The notes under the pieces were generated by a model that saw only the letters and a program-made list of their open reading frames with translations, made no database searches and was not told the DNA's origin. This document shows positions 18,135-28,401 of a stretch of DNA of 64,000 nucleotides, in pieces. Numbering within the stretch: position 1 is the first letter of the stretch; every line of letters begins with the position of its first letter. The position numbers and the translations under genes were made by a program. The stretch comes from Candidatus Bathyarchaeota archaeon (GTDB lineage: Archaea > Thermoproteota > Bathyarchaeia > 40CM-2-53-6 > DTDX01), in assembly GCA_018396815.1 (NCBI GenBank), contig JAGTQY010000003.1, forward strand, positions 69,481 to 133,480, written 5' to 3'.

Positions 18135-19118
18135 ATGAGTGAAGAGAAAAAAAAGTATGAATCTATAGAGGATATTCCAGGAATAGGTCCAGCTACAGCT
18201 GAAAAACTTAAAGAAGTTGGTTTTCACACGGTAGAATCTTTAGCTACAGCAACAATTAAAGAACTTGTCTCTGTTGGAATAGGAGAAAAACAAGCTGCAA
18301 AAATAATTGCGGAAGCTAGAAGTAGCATAGCTCTCAATTTTGTAAGAGCTGATGAACTAATAAAGATGAGAAAAAATGTTTTAAAACTTTCAACAGGAAG
18401 CAAAGCTTTAGATGAGCTGTTAGGCGGAGGAATTGAAACTCAAACAATCACAGAGTTTTATGGAGAATATGGCGTTGGAAAAAGCATTTTATGCCATCAA
18501 CTTGCAGTTAATGTTCAGCTTCCAATTGAAAGAGGTGGATTGAATGGAAGTGCTCTTTATATAGATACGGAACAAACGTTTAGACCTGAATGGATTGTGA
18601 GAATGGCTAATCATTTAGGGCTTAATCCAGATCAAGTTGCTCAAAGAATCATTTATTCTGAAGCTTATAATAGTGATCATCAAATTCTTATTCTTGAAAA
18701 ATCTGATAAGATCATTAAGGAAAATAATGTAAAACTTATAATAATCGATTCTTTAACAGCTCATTTTAGAAGTGAATACTTAGGGAGAGAAATGCTAGCT
18801 GAAAGACAACAAAAACTAAATAATCATATGCATAAATTGATTAGGTTGGCTAGAGCTTTTAATGCAGCTGCTGTTGTAACTAATCAAGTTATGGCTAAAC
18901 CAGATCAATTTTTCACTGTAGGAGTAGAGCCTGTAGGAGGACATGTAGTTGCTCATACATCGCATACAAGAGTTTTTTTAAGAAAAACAACCGGTCAAAT
19001 TAGGATAGCTCGCTTAGTTTCAAGCCCATATCTACCTGAAGGAGAAAGAGTATTTAAAATAACTGAAGAAGGTATAACTGACGTTTCTGAAGAAGATCAA
19101 CTAAAAAAAAGGAGATAA
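18135..19118 (+). CDS. radA: DNA repair and recombination protein RadA.
   Basis: N-terminal HhH domain, Walker A (GEYGVGKS) and Walker B ([12 protein letters not shown]) of the RecA/Rad51 core. Confidence 0.9.
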   Translation: MSEEKKKYESIEDIPGIGPATAEKLKEVGFHTVESLATATIKELVSVGIGEKQAAKIIAEARSSIALNFVRADELIKMRKNVLKLSTGSKALDELLGGGIETQTITEFYGEYGVGKSILCHQLAVNVQLPIERGGLNGSALYIDTEQTFRPEWIVRMANHLGLNPDQVAQRIIYSEAYNSDHQILILEKSDKIIKENNVKLIIIDSLTAHFRSEYLGREMLAERQQKLNNHMHKLIRLARAFNAAAVVTNQVMAKPDQFFTVGVEPVGGHVVAHTSHTRVFLRKTTGQIRIARLVSSPYLPEGERVFKITEEGITDVSEEDQLKKRR

Positions 19119-19121
19119 ATT

Positions 19122-19460
19122 TTGAATAAACAAGAAACACAAAAGTTTTTTCAATTAATTTTAAATAAAAACTTTAAAGAAGCTGAAGAAATGCTTGAGC
19201 AAATAAAAACAAAACTTGAAAAATCACCTGAAAATTTTGGTTATTTAAAAGCTTTAGAAGGATTAATATTAACTTTTAAATCTACTGATGAAAAACTTTA
19301 TTTAAAAAAATTGATAGAAACTACAGATGAGAAAGAGTTGAATCGCCTTAAAAATGAGTTTTCCATTCATGTTAAAAATGAACTTCATGCAGATTATGAT
19401 AGAGGATATTTTAAAGCTCTCTTGGATTATTTAAATTTCCTTAAAAAACCTAAACTTTAA
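19122..19460 (+). CDS. Hypothetical protein, tightly coupled to radA.
   Basis: Starts 4 nt after the radA stop. Predicted alpha-helical with no recognisable motif. Confidence 0.35.
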   Translation: MNKQETQKFFQLILNKNFKEAEEMLEQIKTKLEKSPENFGYLKALEGLILTFKSTDEKLYLKKLIETTDEKELNRLKNEFSIHVKNELHADYDRGYFKALLDYLNFLKKPKL

Positions 19461-19463
19461 CTT

Positions 19464-19769
19464 CTAATAAGGGTTTAAAGTAAAAAGCAGAATCCAAGTT
19501 AAAGCCCAAACAAAAATATATGTGCCTAACCCCAAAATTACTCTTTTATATTTACCTTTAAGGTCTTCATCGCTAAAACGGAAAATTCCTTTAACTATAC
19601 CATAAGAAACCGCATAAATTACCGCCATTAAAATTAATCCAATAGAACCCTTAATTTGAAGAAGATAACATAAAACTCCAGCAAATATTGCTAAACCAAA
19701 TCTAAACCAATATACAATAGTAGTTGGTTTAAAATGTTTAATTTTAACAAGCTCTTTTTCACTTTTCAA
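19464..19769 (-). CDS. Small membrane protein (3 transmembrane helices).
   Basis: Hydrophobic 101-aa ORF. Confidence 0.35.
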   Translation of the reverse strand: MKSEKELVKIKHFKPTTIVYWFRFGLAIFAGVLCYLLQIKGSIGLILMAVIYAVSYGIVKGIFRFSDEDLKGKYKRVILGLGTYIFVWALTWILLFTLNPY

Positions 19770-19861
19770 TTTTTAACTCCTCTTTTTACTTTTAAATTTT
19801 AATCTTTTAAATTTTAATTTTAAAGATTAAAGCTTTATGGTTACAGCTTGGGGAAACAAAT

Positions 19862-21838
19862 TTGTTTATAGCGGAAAAAAAGAAAACTATGACAAGCTAC
19901 GATATTTCAGTAATAGTTAAAGAGTTAAAAGAGAAAATTGTAAATAAAAAAATAGATAACATTTATCAATTAAACGAGAAAACTTTTCTATTTAAATTAA
20001 AACCTAATCAAGCTAACTTACTTATTGAAGTTGAACGAAGAATTCATCTTACAAATTTTGAGTTTAACATACCAAAAGAACCTGCTGTTTTTTGTAAAAA
20101 TTTAAGAAACCATATTAGAGGGGGTATTATTAAAGATATAACACAACATGAATTTGAAAGAATTGTAATTTTAAGGTTAAATATTAAAAATGAAAGAAAA
20201 GCTTTAATTGTGGAGCTTTTTAAAAGAGGAAACTTAATTTTATTAAATGAGGAAAACAACAAAATTATTTTAGCTCTTTATTATGCTAAAATGAAGGATA
20301 GAACTATTAGCCCTGGAAGCGAATTTAAATTTCCCCCTTCCACTGGAGTTTCTCCATTAAACCTAAATTTAAACATGCTAAAAGCTTTTGAAAATGAGTT
20401 TTTGAAAGATGCTTTATTAAAAATTTTAGCTATTGGAAAATTATATGTAAAAGAAATTCTAACTAGAGTTGAATTAAATGAAAACATTAAGGTAAACGAA
20501 GTTTCAAATGAAGAATTAGAAAAAGTAATTTATGAAGCGAAAAATTTAGATTCTAAAATTGAACCTTGCATTATAAAAAACAGTAATGGCAATTATATTG
20601 ATGTTACGCCTTTCCCATTAAAAATTTATATGGATTTTGAAAAAGAATTTAAAAAAAGCTTTAATGAAGCTGCAGATGAGTATTTTTCTAAGTTAATTAT
20701 TGAGGAAATAGAGTTTAAACAAAAATTTGAATTTGAAAAAAAGCTTCAAACACTTAAAAGTTTACTTGCAAAGCATGAGAAAAGAGTTAATAAATTAAAT
20801 GAAGAATTAAAAAAAGCTAAAGAAAAAGCTGAAATAATATATTTATGTGCAAATGAATTAAAACAAATTAAAGAGTTAATTCTAAAAGAAAGAAATTTAA
20901 AAAGTGCTGACGAGCTTTTAAATTTTATAAAAAATAGTTTTCCATTAACCAAAAATTACATTGAGAAATTAGATCTAAAAAATTTATTCGCAACCTTAAA
21001 GGTTAATCAAGAATTTTTCTCTATAGATTTAAAAATTAACCCTTTTAATGAAGCTTCAAAATACTTTAAAAAAGTTAAGGAATATGAAGAAAAACTAAAA
21101 CAAGTTAAAAGTTTAATTGAGAAGACAAAGCTTGAAATAAACTCTATAAGTGAAAATTTACCGTCTTTAATAAAACCTGTGGAATTAAAAAAGAAGAAAG
21201 AGAAAAAATGGTTTGAAAAATTTAGATGGTTTAAATCTTCAGAAAACTTTTTAGTTTTAATCGGCAAGGACACAAGCACAAATGAGCTTTTAATTAAACG
21301 TTACACAAATATTGATGATTTAATTCTTCATCCAGATCTTCATGGAGCTCCTTTTGCTGTTATAAAATGCGAAGGAAAAATTCCTAGTGAAACTACGATT
21401 AAAGAAGCTGCAATAGCCGCCGCTTCGTATAGTAAAGCTTGGAGTTTAGGTTTAGGTGCAATTGATGTATACTGGGTGAAGCCGGAACAAATAAGTAAAA
21501 AACCTCCTTCAGGTCAATATGTTAAGAAAGGTATGTTTATGATTTATGGCCCTAGAAACTATATTAGAGGAGTTGAGCTTAAACTTTCTATAGGAGTTGT
21601 TAAAGAGGAGGGTGAAGAATTAAAAGTTATTTCAGGACCTACATCTGCAATCAAAAAAATCGCTATAACATTTGTTGAAATAGCTCCAGGCGAATTTAAA
21701 TCTAAGGATTTAGCAAAGTTGATTCTTCAAAAACTTTATGAAAAAGCTCAAGGAGAAATTAAAGAAAAAATTAAATTATTAAATTTAGTTGAAATTCAAA
21801 ATTTAATACCTGCAGGTAAAGGAAGAATTATAAGCTAA
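19862..21838 (+). CDS. NFACT-family protein (archaeal RqcH/Rqc2 homologue; ribosome quality control).
   Basis: 658 aa. NFACT-N, a central coiled coil, and NFACT-R/DUF814 at the C-terminus (motifs FLVLIGKDTSTNELLIKR, HPDLHGAPFAVIK). Confidence 0.7.
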   Translation: MFIAEKKKTMTSYDISVIVKELKEKIVNKKIDNIYQLNEKTFLFKLKPNQANLLIEVERRIHLTNFEFNIPKEPAVFCKNLRNHIRGGIIKDITQHEFERIVILRLNIKNERKALIVELFKRGNLILLNEENNKIILALYYAKMKDRTISPGSEFKFPPSTGVSPLNLNLNMLKAFENEFLKDALLKILAIGKLYVKEILTRVELNENIKVNEVSNEELEKVIYEAKNLDSKIEPCIIKNSNGNYIDVTPFPLKIYMDFEKEFKKSFNEAADEYFSKLIIEEIEFKQKFEFEKKLQTLKSLLAKHEKRVNKLNEELKKAKEKAEIIYLCANELKQIKELILKERNLKSADELLNFIKNSFPLTKNYIEKLDLKNLFATLKVNQEFFSIDLKINPFNEASKYFKKVKEYEEKLKQVKSLIEKTKLEINSISENLPSLIKPVELKKKKEKKWFEKFRWFKSSENFLVLIGKDTSTNELLIKRYTNIDDLILHPDLHGAPFAVIKCEGKIPSETTIKEAAIAAASYSKAWSLGLGAIDVYWVKPEQISKKPPSGQYVKKGMFMIYGPRNYIRGVELKLSIGVVKEEGEELKVISGPTSAIKKIAITFVEIAPGEFKSKDLAKLILQKLYEKAQGEIKEKIKLLNLVEIQNLIPAGKGRIIS

Positions 21839-21873
21839 AAACAAAAACCTATAAAAGAAAGGGAAAAATTAAA

Positions 21874-22431
21874 ATGAGTGAAAAAAAGATTGAAGTGAAA
21901 GTTAAAGATGTTATGTCAACTCCTGTAGTTACTGTAAATATGAATACCTCTATGGATGAAGTAGCCTCTTTAATGATTAAAGAAAATGTTGGAAGCGTTA
22001 TTGTTGTTGATGAATTGGGGAATCCAATAGGAATAATAACTGAAAGTGATTTAGTTAAAAAAGTTGTTGCAAAAAATGTTTTTCCAAAACAGGTTAAAGC
22101 TTTAGAAGTAATGAGTAAACCTTTATTCACTGTGAGTAAAGAAGAGGAGTTAACTGAAGTTGCTAAAAAAATGAGTAGATTAAATGTAAAACGTTTTCCA
22201 GTTATGTTTGAAGGGAAACTTGTTGGAATAATTTCAAGCAAAGACATTCTTGAAATAACTCCGCATCTTATAGATGTGATTATGGAAAAAAGCGAATTCT
22301 TTCCTGTTAAAACTGAAAAACCTCTAATTGGAAATTGTGAATTATGCGGTAACTGGTGTGAAAACTTAAAGTTTCATGAAGGAAAGTTTTTATGTGAAGA
22401 TTGCTTAATTGATTTAACTAAGCAGGATTAA
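21874..22431 (+). CDS. CBS-domain pair protein with a C-terminal zinc ribbon.
   Basis: Two CBS repeats (VMSTPVVTV..., VMSKPLFTV...) and CELCGNWC...CEDC. Confidence 0.7.
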   Translation: MSEKKIEVKVKDVMSTPVVTVNMNTSMDEVASLMIKENVGSVIVVDELGNPIGIITESDLVKKVVAKNVFPKQVKALEVMSKPLFTVSKEEELTEVAKKMSRLNVKRFPVMFEGKLVGIISSKDILEITPHLIDVIMEKSEFFPVKTEKPLIGNCELCGNWCENLKFHEGKFLCEDCLIDLTKQD

Positions 22432-22433
22432 AA

Positions 22434-23777
22434 TTGGTTGAAACCATAAATATTTTAAATACTAAAATTTTATTGAAGGAAGGTTTTTTTGAAGGGGGTA
22501 TTCACATAAGTTTTGGTAAAATAAAAAAAATTGGGCGAGAAACTAATTTACCTAAGGCTGAAAAAAACATTAATGCAAAAGGTTTAATCGCTTTACCAGG
22601 GCTTATAGATTCTCATGTGCACTTAAGAGATTTAAATTTATCTTATAAAGAAGATTTTTATACAGGTACATGTGCTGCAGCTGCAGGAGGATTCACAACA
22701 GTTCTAGATATGCCTAATACATCTCCCCCAACAGATTCTATTGAAAGATTAAAGGAAAAGATTGAACTAGCAAAAAACAAAATAATTGTAAATGTTGGTT
22801 TTCATGTTTTACCACCTAAAAACCCTAAAGAAATAAATGAGATAGTAAAATTAGGTGCTACATCTTTTAAATTTTACTTTAACCTTTTAAAAGATGAGGA
22901 TTTAAGAAGTAACATATTAAAAGAGACGTTAAATAAATGTAGTGTTTTAAATATTCCTTTAACTATTCATGGAGAAAATGGAGAAAAAATAAGTAGATTA
23001 AAAAGTTTTCTTTTAAAGAAAGGAAAGAAAGATTTGCAGAGCTTTCTTAAAGCTCACTCTAAAGATGTAGAATTTTCTGGAGTAAAAAAAGCTTTAAATT
23101 TAGTTAAGAAAAGATTTAAAAACGATAAAGTTTATTTTTGTCATGTTTCAACATTAAAAAGCCTTAATGAAATAAAAAGAAACGGTTTTTTAGCTGAAGT
23201 TTCACCCCACCATCTTTTCTTAACTAAAGAAAAACTTTTAAAGTTAAAAGGTGTTGCTTTAACTTTACCTCCTTTAAGAAGCAAATTTGAAACTGAAGCT
23301 CTATGGAAAAAAACTGTTAAAGGTTTTATTGATGTAATAGCTAGTGATCATGCTCCGCATACACTTGAAGAAAAAATTAAAGAAAATTATTGGGAGGTTT
23401 CCCCAGGTATTCCAGGTTTAGAAACAACTTTGCCTCTTCTTTTAACTAAAGTTAATCAAGGGGAAATCTCTCTTCAAAAACTCGTAAAACTTTTAGCTTA
23501 TAATCCAGCAAAAATATTTAATTTAAGGTTTAAAGGCGAATTAAGAGAAGGTTTCGACGCTGATATAACATTAGTAAATTTAAAAAAACGTTTTAAAATT
23601 AAAAGTGAAAAATTTTTTTCTAAAGCTAAATATTCTCCTTTTAATGGTTTTAAATGCGTTGGTAAACCTGCTAAAACAATTGTCTTTGGGAAATTAGTTA
23701 TGGATAATGGAGAAATAGTAGCTGAAAAAGGAAATGGCTTTATAATTAGGAGAGAGTTAAATGAAGTTTCTAGTTGA
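22434..23777 (+). CDS. pyrC: Dihydroorotase (cyclic amidohydrolase).
   Basis: Metal-ligand motifs DSHVHLRD, FKFYF (a carbamylated Lys would lie in FKF), HGE and DHAPH. Confidence 0.6.
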   Translation: MVETINILNTKILLKEGFFEGGIHISFGKIKKIGRETNLPKAEKNINAKGLIALPGLIDSHVHLRDLNLSYKEDFYTGTCAAAAGGFTTVLDMPNTSPPTDSIERLKEKIELAKNKIIVNVGFHVLPPKNPKEINEIVKLGATSFKFYFNLLKDEDLRSNILKETLNKCSVLNIPLTIHGENGEKISRLKSFLLKKGKKDLQSFLKAHSKDVEFSGVKKALNLVKKRFKNDKVYFCHVSTLKSLNEIKRNGFLAEVSPHHLFLTKEKLLKLKGVALTLPPLRSKFETEALWKKTVKGFIDVIASDHAPHTLEEKIKENYWEVSPGIPGLETTLPLLLTKVNQGEISLQKLVKLLAYNPAKIFNLRFKGELREGFDADITLVNLKKRFKIKSEKFFSKAKYSPFNGFKCVGKPAKTIVFGKLVMDNGEIVAEKGNGFIIRRELNEVSS

Positions 23778-24279
23778 TGGTATGCTTGGTAAACTTGCTA
23801 AATGGTTAAGGTTAATGGGCTACGACGCTAAATACTCTATTTTTCCAGATAGAACTTTAATAATTGAAGCTTCTAAAGAAAACCGTATATTGTTAACTTC
23901 AGATATTGCTTTATATAGAGAAGCAGTAGCACGAGGTGTTGAAGCTTACCTTGTTAAAGGGAAAAATGAAATTGAAAGAATTGCTGAGCTTGCTAAAAAA
24001 TTTAATTTAAAAATAGAGGCTAATGTTGAATCTTCAAGATGTCCTTTATGCGGTTCACTACTAAAGAAAGTTGAAAAAACACTTGTTAAAGGGAAAGTTC
24101 CAGATCAAACTTTTAATTTTTACAGTAATTTTTGGGTTTGTATAAATGAAAACTGTAAAAAAATTTACTGGCAGGGAAGTCACTGGAAAAAAATAAACGA
24201 GGTTTTACTTCAAGCTAAAAAATTAATCGTAAACGCTAAAAAGGTGAATAAACAAGTTATTAATAATAATGGGAGTTGA
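23761..24279 (+). CDS. Mut7-C RNase-domain (DUF82, PIN-like) protein with a zinc ribbon.
   Basis: N-terminal PIN-like MLGKLAKWLRLMGYD...DR plus C-terminal CPLCG...C..C. Confidence 0.55.
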   Translation: MKFLVDGMLGKLAKWLRLMGYDAKYSIFPDRTLIIEASKENRILLTSDIALYREAVARGVEAYLVKGKNEIERIAELAKKFNLKIEANVESSRCPLCGSLLKKVEKTLVKGKVPDQTFNFYSNFWVCINENCKKIYWQGSHWKKINEVLLQAKKLIVNAKKVNKQVINNNGS

Positions 24280-24905
24280 ACTTTATGCTTGATTTTTCTT
24301 TAGAGGAAGGTGAATTTCTCGTTAAAGTTGCACGAGAAGCTATTAAAACTTGGCTTAAATATAAAAGAAAAATTTCTTTTATGAAAGATGCTCCTGAAAA
24401 AACAAAACAAAAGTATGGAGTATTCGTTACATTAACAAACGCTTATACGCATGAGCTTAGAGGATGTATAGGATACCCTCTTCCAATTAAACCTTTAGTT
24501 GAAGCAACAATTGAATCAGCTATTGAAGCTGCTACTGGAGATCCAAGATTTAAACCTGTAACTTTAGATGAGTTAGAATCAAGCATAGCGGTTGAAGTTA
24601 GCATTTTAACTCCTCCAGAAATTATTGAAGTTGAAAAACCAATTGACTACCCTAAAAAAATAGTTATTGGAGAGGATGGATTAATTGTTGAAAAGGGCTT
24701 TTTTAAAGGTTTACTTCTTCCTCAAGTAGCTGTAGAATGGAATATGGATGCTGAAGAATTTTTAAGCAATTGTTGCTTGAAAGCTGGGTTACCGCCAGAT
24801 GCATGGTTAAGCAAAGACATTAAAATAAGCAAGTTTCAAGCTGTTATTTTTACTGAAGAAACTCCAAATGGTAAAATTATTAAGAAAACTTTAAAAGATT
24901 CATAA
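24276..24905 (+). CDS. AMMECR1-domain protein.
   Basis: LRGCIGYP and the conserved AMMECR1 core. Overlaps the previous gene by 4 nt. Confidence 0.8.
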   Translation: MNFMLDFSLEEGEFLVKVAREAIKTWLKYKRKISFMKDAPEKTKQKYGVFVTLTNAYTHELRGCIGYPLPIKPLVEATIESAIEAATGDPRFKPVTLDELESSIAVEVSILTPPEIIEVEKPIDYPKKIVIGEDGLIVEKGFFKGLLLPQVAVEWNMDAEEFLSNCCLKAGLPPDAWLSKDIKISKFQAVIFTEETPNGKIIKKTLKDS

Positions 24906-25514
24906 GCCTCTATAGATTCTTTCATACATTCTTCTTAAAGTCCATCGAATAGCATTCGTTAATTCTGTCAATCTTTTTTCATCACCAAAATTTTTTATTA
25001 AAATTCGTTTAACAAAACCATCTTTATCCTCTATATTATAGGAAAACGCTTCATTCTCATTTAGTTCTCCAGATTTAACAGCATCCTCATCCTTCTTACT
25101 CATTGGTTCAAGAACTTTAGCTATTAAAAAAGCTTTTAATGGAGGGGAATTCACATCAAACTTTATGTATGGATCTAAATTTAATGTTAAGTTTTTATTT
25201 TCAACTACTAAATCTCCTAGATGCACTCCATCTACAGTTTTTATTGGAGTAATTTTTTGAGGAGTAACTTGAGAAGGTTGTTGTGTTTCTTCAACTTTAG
25301 TTACTTCAATTTTTTTAAAGCTTTTTTCGGTTAAATAATCGTCAACTACTTCTACAAGCATTTTTAAATTTGAAACTTCCTCATTTAATTCACTAATTTT
25401 CTTTTCTAGAAAAGATTTTAATTTAGCTAACTTTTTTACTGCATCTTGTTCCTCCATTTTTTCACACAGCTTAACTAAACTCAAACTTCTTATAATTAAT
25501 AAGTTTATACGCAT
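24900..25514 (-). CDS. Hypothetical protein. The start may be the internal Met MEEQ.
   Basis: ORF with coding-like composition. N-terminal coiled coil. No recognisable motif. Confidence 0.3.
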   Translation of the reverse strand: MRINLLIIRSLSLVKLCEKMEEQDAVKKLAKLKSFLEKKISELNEEVSNLKMLVEVVDDYLTEKSFKKIEVTKVEETQQPSQVTPQKITPIKTVDGVHLGDLVVENKNLTLNLDPYIKFDVNSPPLKAFLIAKVLEPMSKKDEDAVKSGELNENEAFSYNIEDKDGFVKRILIKNFGDEKRLTELTNAIRWTLRRMYERIYRGL

Positions 25515-25651
25515 TAGAAATATTTTTATTTTTATATTTAATGTTTAATGAATGTATGTTTAAACGTAATTAAAAGTGTGAATCCTAACTAAATAAATTT
25601 AAGATTGGTTATGTGAAAATTCTTTAGGGTTTTACTGAGGGGAAATCAAAA

Positions 25652-26962
25652 ATGCTTAATGAGGAGTTTATAGATTCATCGAAGATTTTTAAAGGAGATT
25701 TTACTGGAAAAAAAGTTCAGATTAGAGGGTGGCTTCATAATAAACGATCAAGTGGAGGTATTCAATTTCTTTTAGTTAGGGATGGAGGCGGTTTAATTCA
25801 ATGTACTTTAAGAAAAGATGCTGTAAATGATGAAGTTTTTAAAAAAATAGAAAAACTTCCTATAGAGTCCACTATTATTATAGATGGTGTTGTTAAAGCT
25901 GATTCGAGAGCTCCAAGAGGATTTGAAATAGTTGTGGAAAATATTAAGGTTTTTCATGAAGCTGAAGAAAACTATCCTATAGCTAAAAAATATCATGGAC
26001 CAGAATTTCTTCTTGATAATCGCCATTTATGGATTAGAAGCGAAAAAATGCAGGCAATCCTTAAGGTTAGAGATTCCTTTTTAAATGCTGCTATTGATTG
26101 GTTTAGAAATAATGGTTATACAAGTGCTCATATGCCAATATTAATTACTGCAGCTTGTGAAGGTGGAGCAACACTTTTTGAAGTTAAGTATTTTGATCAA
26201 AAAGCTTATTTAACTCAAAGTTGGCAGCTCTATGCTGAAGCTGCTATAGCTAGCTTAGGCAAAATTTACACTATAGCCCCATCTTTTAGAGCTGAAAAAT
26301 CTAGAACAAGAAGGCATTTAACTGAGTATTGGCATTTAGAAGTTGAGTTACCATGGTGTGATTTAAATAAATTAATGAGTATTCAAGAAGAGTTGCTTAG
26401 TTTCATTTGTGAAAAAGTAGCTAAAGAAAGAAGTTATGAATTGAAGCTTTTAGGTAGAGATCCTAAAGATTTAATGCATGTTAAACCGCCATTTCCTAAA
26501 ATCACTTATGATGAAGCTGTAGAAATGCTTAAGAAGGAGGGATTAGATTTTAAATGGGGAGACGATTTTGGATATGAACAGGAAAGTAGATTAACTTCTA
26601 AATTTAATATGCCCTTCTTTATAACTTATTTCCCAAAAACTGCTAAAGCTTTTTACCATAAATTAAACCCTGAAAGACCTGAAGTAACTCTATCAGTTGA
26701 TTTGCTCGCTCCTGAAGGTTACGGTGAAATTACTGGTGGAGGAGTAAGAATAGAAGATTATAATGAGCTTCTTGAAAGAATAAAGGAAAATGGATTGGAT
26801 CCTAAAGATTATCAATGGTATCTTGATTTAAGAAAGTACGGTTCAGTGCCGCATGCTGGTTTTGGAATGGGTGTTGAAAGAGTTATAGCATGGATATGTA
26901 AGTTAAACCATATAAGAGATGCTATTGCTTTTCCAAGATTAATAAATAGAGTTTATCCTTAA
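25652..26962 (+). CDS. asnS: Asparaginyl-tRNA synthetase (class IIb). Aspartyl specificity is not fully excluded.
   Basis: N-terminal OB fold plus class II motifs (FRAEKSRTRRHLTEYWHLEVE, GGGVRIED, GFGMGVERV). FRAEKS.T.RHL favours AsnRS. Confidence 0.65.
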   Translation: MLNEEFIDSSKIFKGDFTGKKVQIRGWLHNKRSSGGIQFLLVRDGGGLIQCTLRKDAVNDEVFKKIEKLPIESTIIIDGVVKADSRAPRGFEIVVENIKVFHEAEENYPIAKKYHGPEFLLDNRHLWIRSEKMQAILKVRDSFLNAAIDWFRNNGYTSAHMPILITAACEGGATLFEVKYFDQKAYLTQSWQLYAEAAIASLGKIYTIAPSFRAEKSRTRRHLTEYWHLEVELPWCDLNKLMSIQEELLSFICEKVAKERSYELKLLGRDPKDLMHVKPPFPKITYDEAVEMLKKEGLDFKWGDDFGYEQESRLTSKFNMPFFITYFPKTAKAFYHKLNPERPEVTLSVDLLAPEGYGEITGGGVRIEDYNELLERIKENGLDPKDYQWYLDLRKYGSVPHAGFGMGVERVIAWICKLNHIRDAIAFPRLINRVYP

Positions 26963-26982
26963 TAATAGAATATTACTAAAAT

Positions 26983-28401
26983 TTAATCTTCATATAATTT
27001 AAATTCTTCATGAAGTGCATTAACTGCTTTAGGTCCATCCTCCTCTTTTACAACAAAAGATATGTTAAGTTCTGAAGAACCTTGAGCTATCATCCTAACA
27101 TTTATTCCTTTATCAGCTACTGCTTTAAAAACTCTGGCTGCTACGCCTGGAGTACCTTTCATTCCTGCCCCAATAACAGCTACTATACAAACATCAGCTT
27201 CTGATGAAACTTCCTTAACAGTTTCTCCTCCAAGCAAGTTTAACTCAAGTAAATTAACAGCTTTACTTAAGCTTTCTCTTGGAACAGCAAAAGAAATATT
27301 AACTTCAGATGAACCTTGAGAAATCATAAGTATATTTATTCCATTATCTCCTAGAATTTTAAACACCTGAGCTGCTACACCTGGGGTTCCGACCATTTCA
27401 CTTCCAGAAACATTTATTAAACCAACTTCCTTAATGAAAGAAATAGCCTTAACAACTTCTTTAGGCTTAATTTTTTGTTCTTTAATTATTAATGTACCTG
27501 GATCATTTAAGTTAAAAGCATTTCTTATTCTAACTGGAATTTCAGCTTCAATTACTGGTTTTAAAGCTCTAGGATGAATTATTTTAGCGCCAAAATATGC
27601 TACTTCGCTTGCTTCAGCATAAGATATCACCCTTATAGTTCTTGCTTTAGGTTCAATTTTTGGATCAGCTGTCATTAACCCATCTACTTCTTTCCAAAGC
27701 AAAACTTCATCAGCTTTTAAAGCTGCACCTATTATAGTTGCTGTATAATCTGATCCCCCTCTACCAAGTGTTGTTACAACTCCATCTGGAGTGCAACCAT
27801 TAAATCCAGTCACTATTGGAACAATATTTTCATTAAGTAAACGTGTTAAATTATAATTTAATTTTTGAGCGCTTAGATTAAATAGCGGTTTAGCTTTTCC
27901 AAATTCATCATTTGTTATAAGTCCTGCTTCACCTCCAGTAATCCACTTAGCTTTTAATCCCTCCTCTTTAGCTGCTGCGCATAAGATAGCGCAAGAAAAT
28001 TTTTCTCCAAAAGATAAAATAAAATCTTTAGAGCGAGGCGTTAACTCTTTTAATCTAGCGACACTAAATAAAGTTTCTTTTAACTCTTCAATTAATTTCT
28101 TTAATTCTAAAGTTAAATCTTTTAAAATCTCTCTATTTTTAATAGTTTTTTCAGCTAAACTAAAATGTATATTCTCCATTTCGCTTATAATTTTTTTTAA
28201 GTTTTCCCAATTTGAAAGAGAAGCTTCTTTAGAGGCTTTAATTAATTCATCAGTCACTTTTGAAACAGCTGAACCTACTACAATAATTTTAATCCCCTTA
28301 TTTAAATAATCTTTAATTATTTCAATAATTCTTTTTATTTTTTCAGGTTTAGAAACTAATGCTCCACCAAACTTCATTACAATTAACATATAATTTTTCA
28401 C
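26983..28401 (-). CDS. Aspartate kinase.
   Basis: The kinase domain begins KFGGALV. Two C-terminal ACT domains. Confidence 0.85.
   Translation of the reverse strand: MKNYMLIVMKFGGALVSKPEKIKRIIEIIKDYLNKGIKIIVVGSAVSKVTDELIKASKEASLSNWENLKKIISEMENIHFSLAEKTIKNREILKDLTLELKKLIEELKETLFSVARLKELTPRSKDFILSFGEKFSCAILCAAAKEEGLKAKWITGGEAGLITNDEFGKAKPLFNLSAQKLNYNLTRLLNENIVPIVTGFNGCTPDGVVTTLGRGGSDYTATIIGAALKADEVLLWKEVDGLMTADPKIEPKARTIRVISYAEASEVAYFGAKIIHPRALKPVIEAEIPVRIRNAFNLNDPGTLIIKEQKIKPKEVVKAISFIKEVGLINVSGSEMVGTPGVAAQVFKILGDNGINILMISQGSSEVNISFAVPRESLSKAVNLLELNLLGGETVKEVSSEADVCIVAVIGAGMKGTPGVAARVFKAVADKGINVRMIAQGSSELNISFVVKEEDGPKAVNALHEEFKLYED

Noticed and set aside
20044-21279. Four 68-to-90-aa ORFs antisense to the NFACT gene (20044..20262, 20281..20487, 20746..20952, 21007..21279).
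   Set aside because: All lie inside the 658-aa NFACT CDS on the opposite strand. They have Phe/Ser/Leu-rich shadow-frame composition.
21849-22247. 132-aa ORF antisense to the CBS-domain gene.
   Set aside because: It is an antisense shadow ORF. It has no motif, and it overlaps the confident CBS gene.
25808-26026. 72-aa ORF antisense to the AsnRS gene.
   Set aside because: Antisense shadow frame inside a class II aminoacyl-tRNA synthetase gene.
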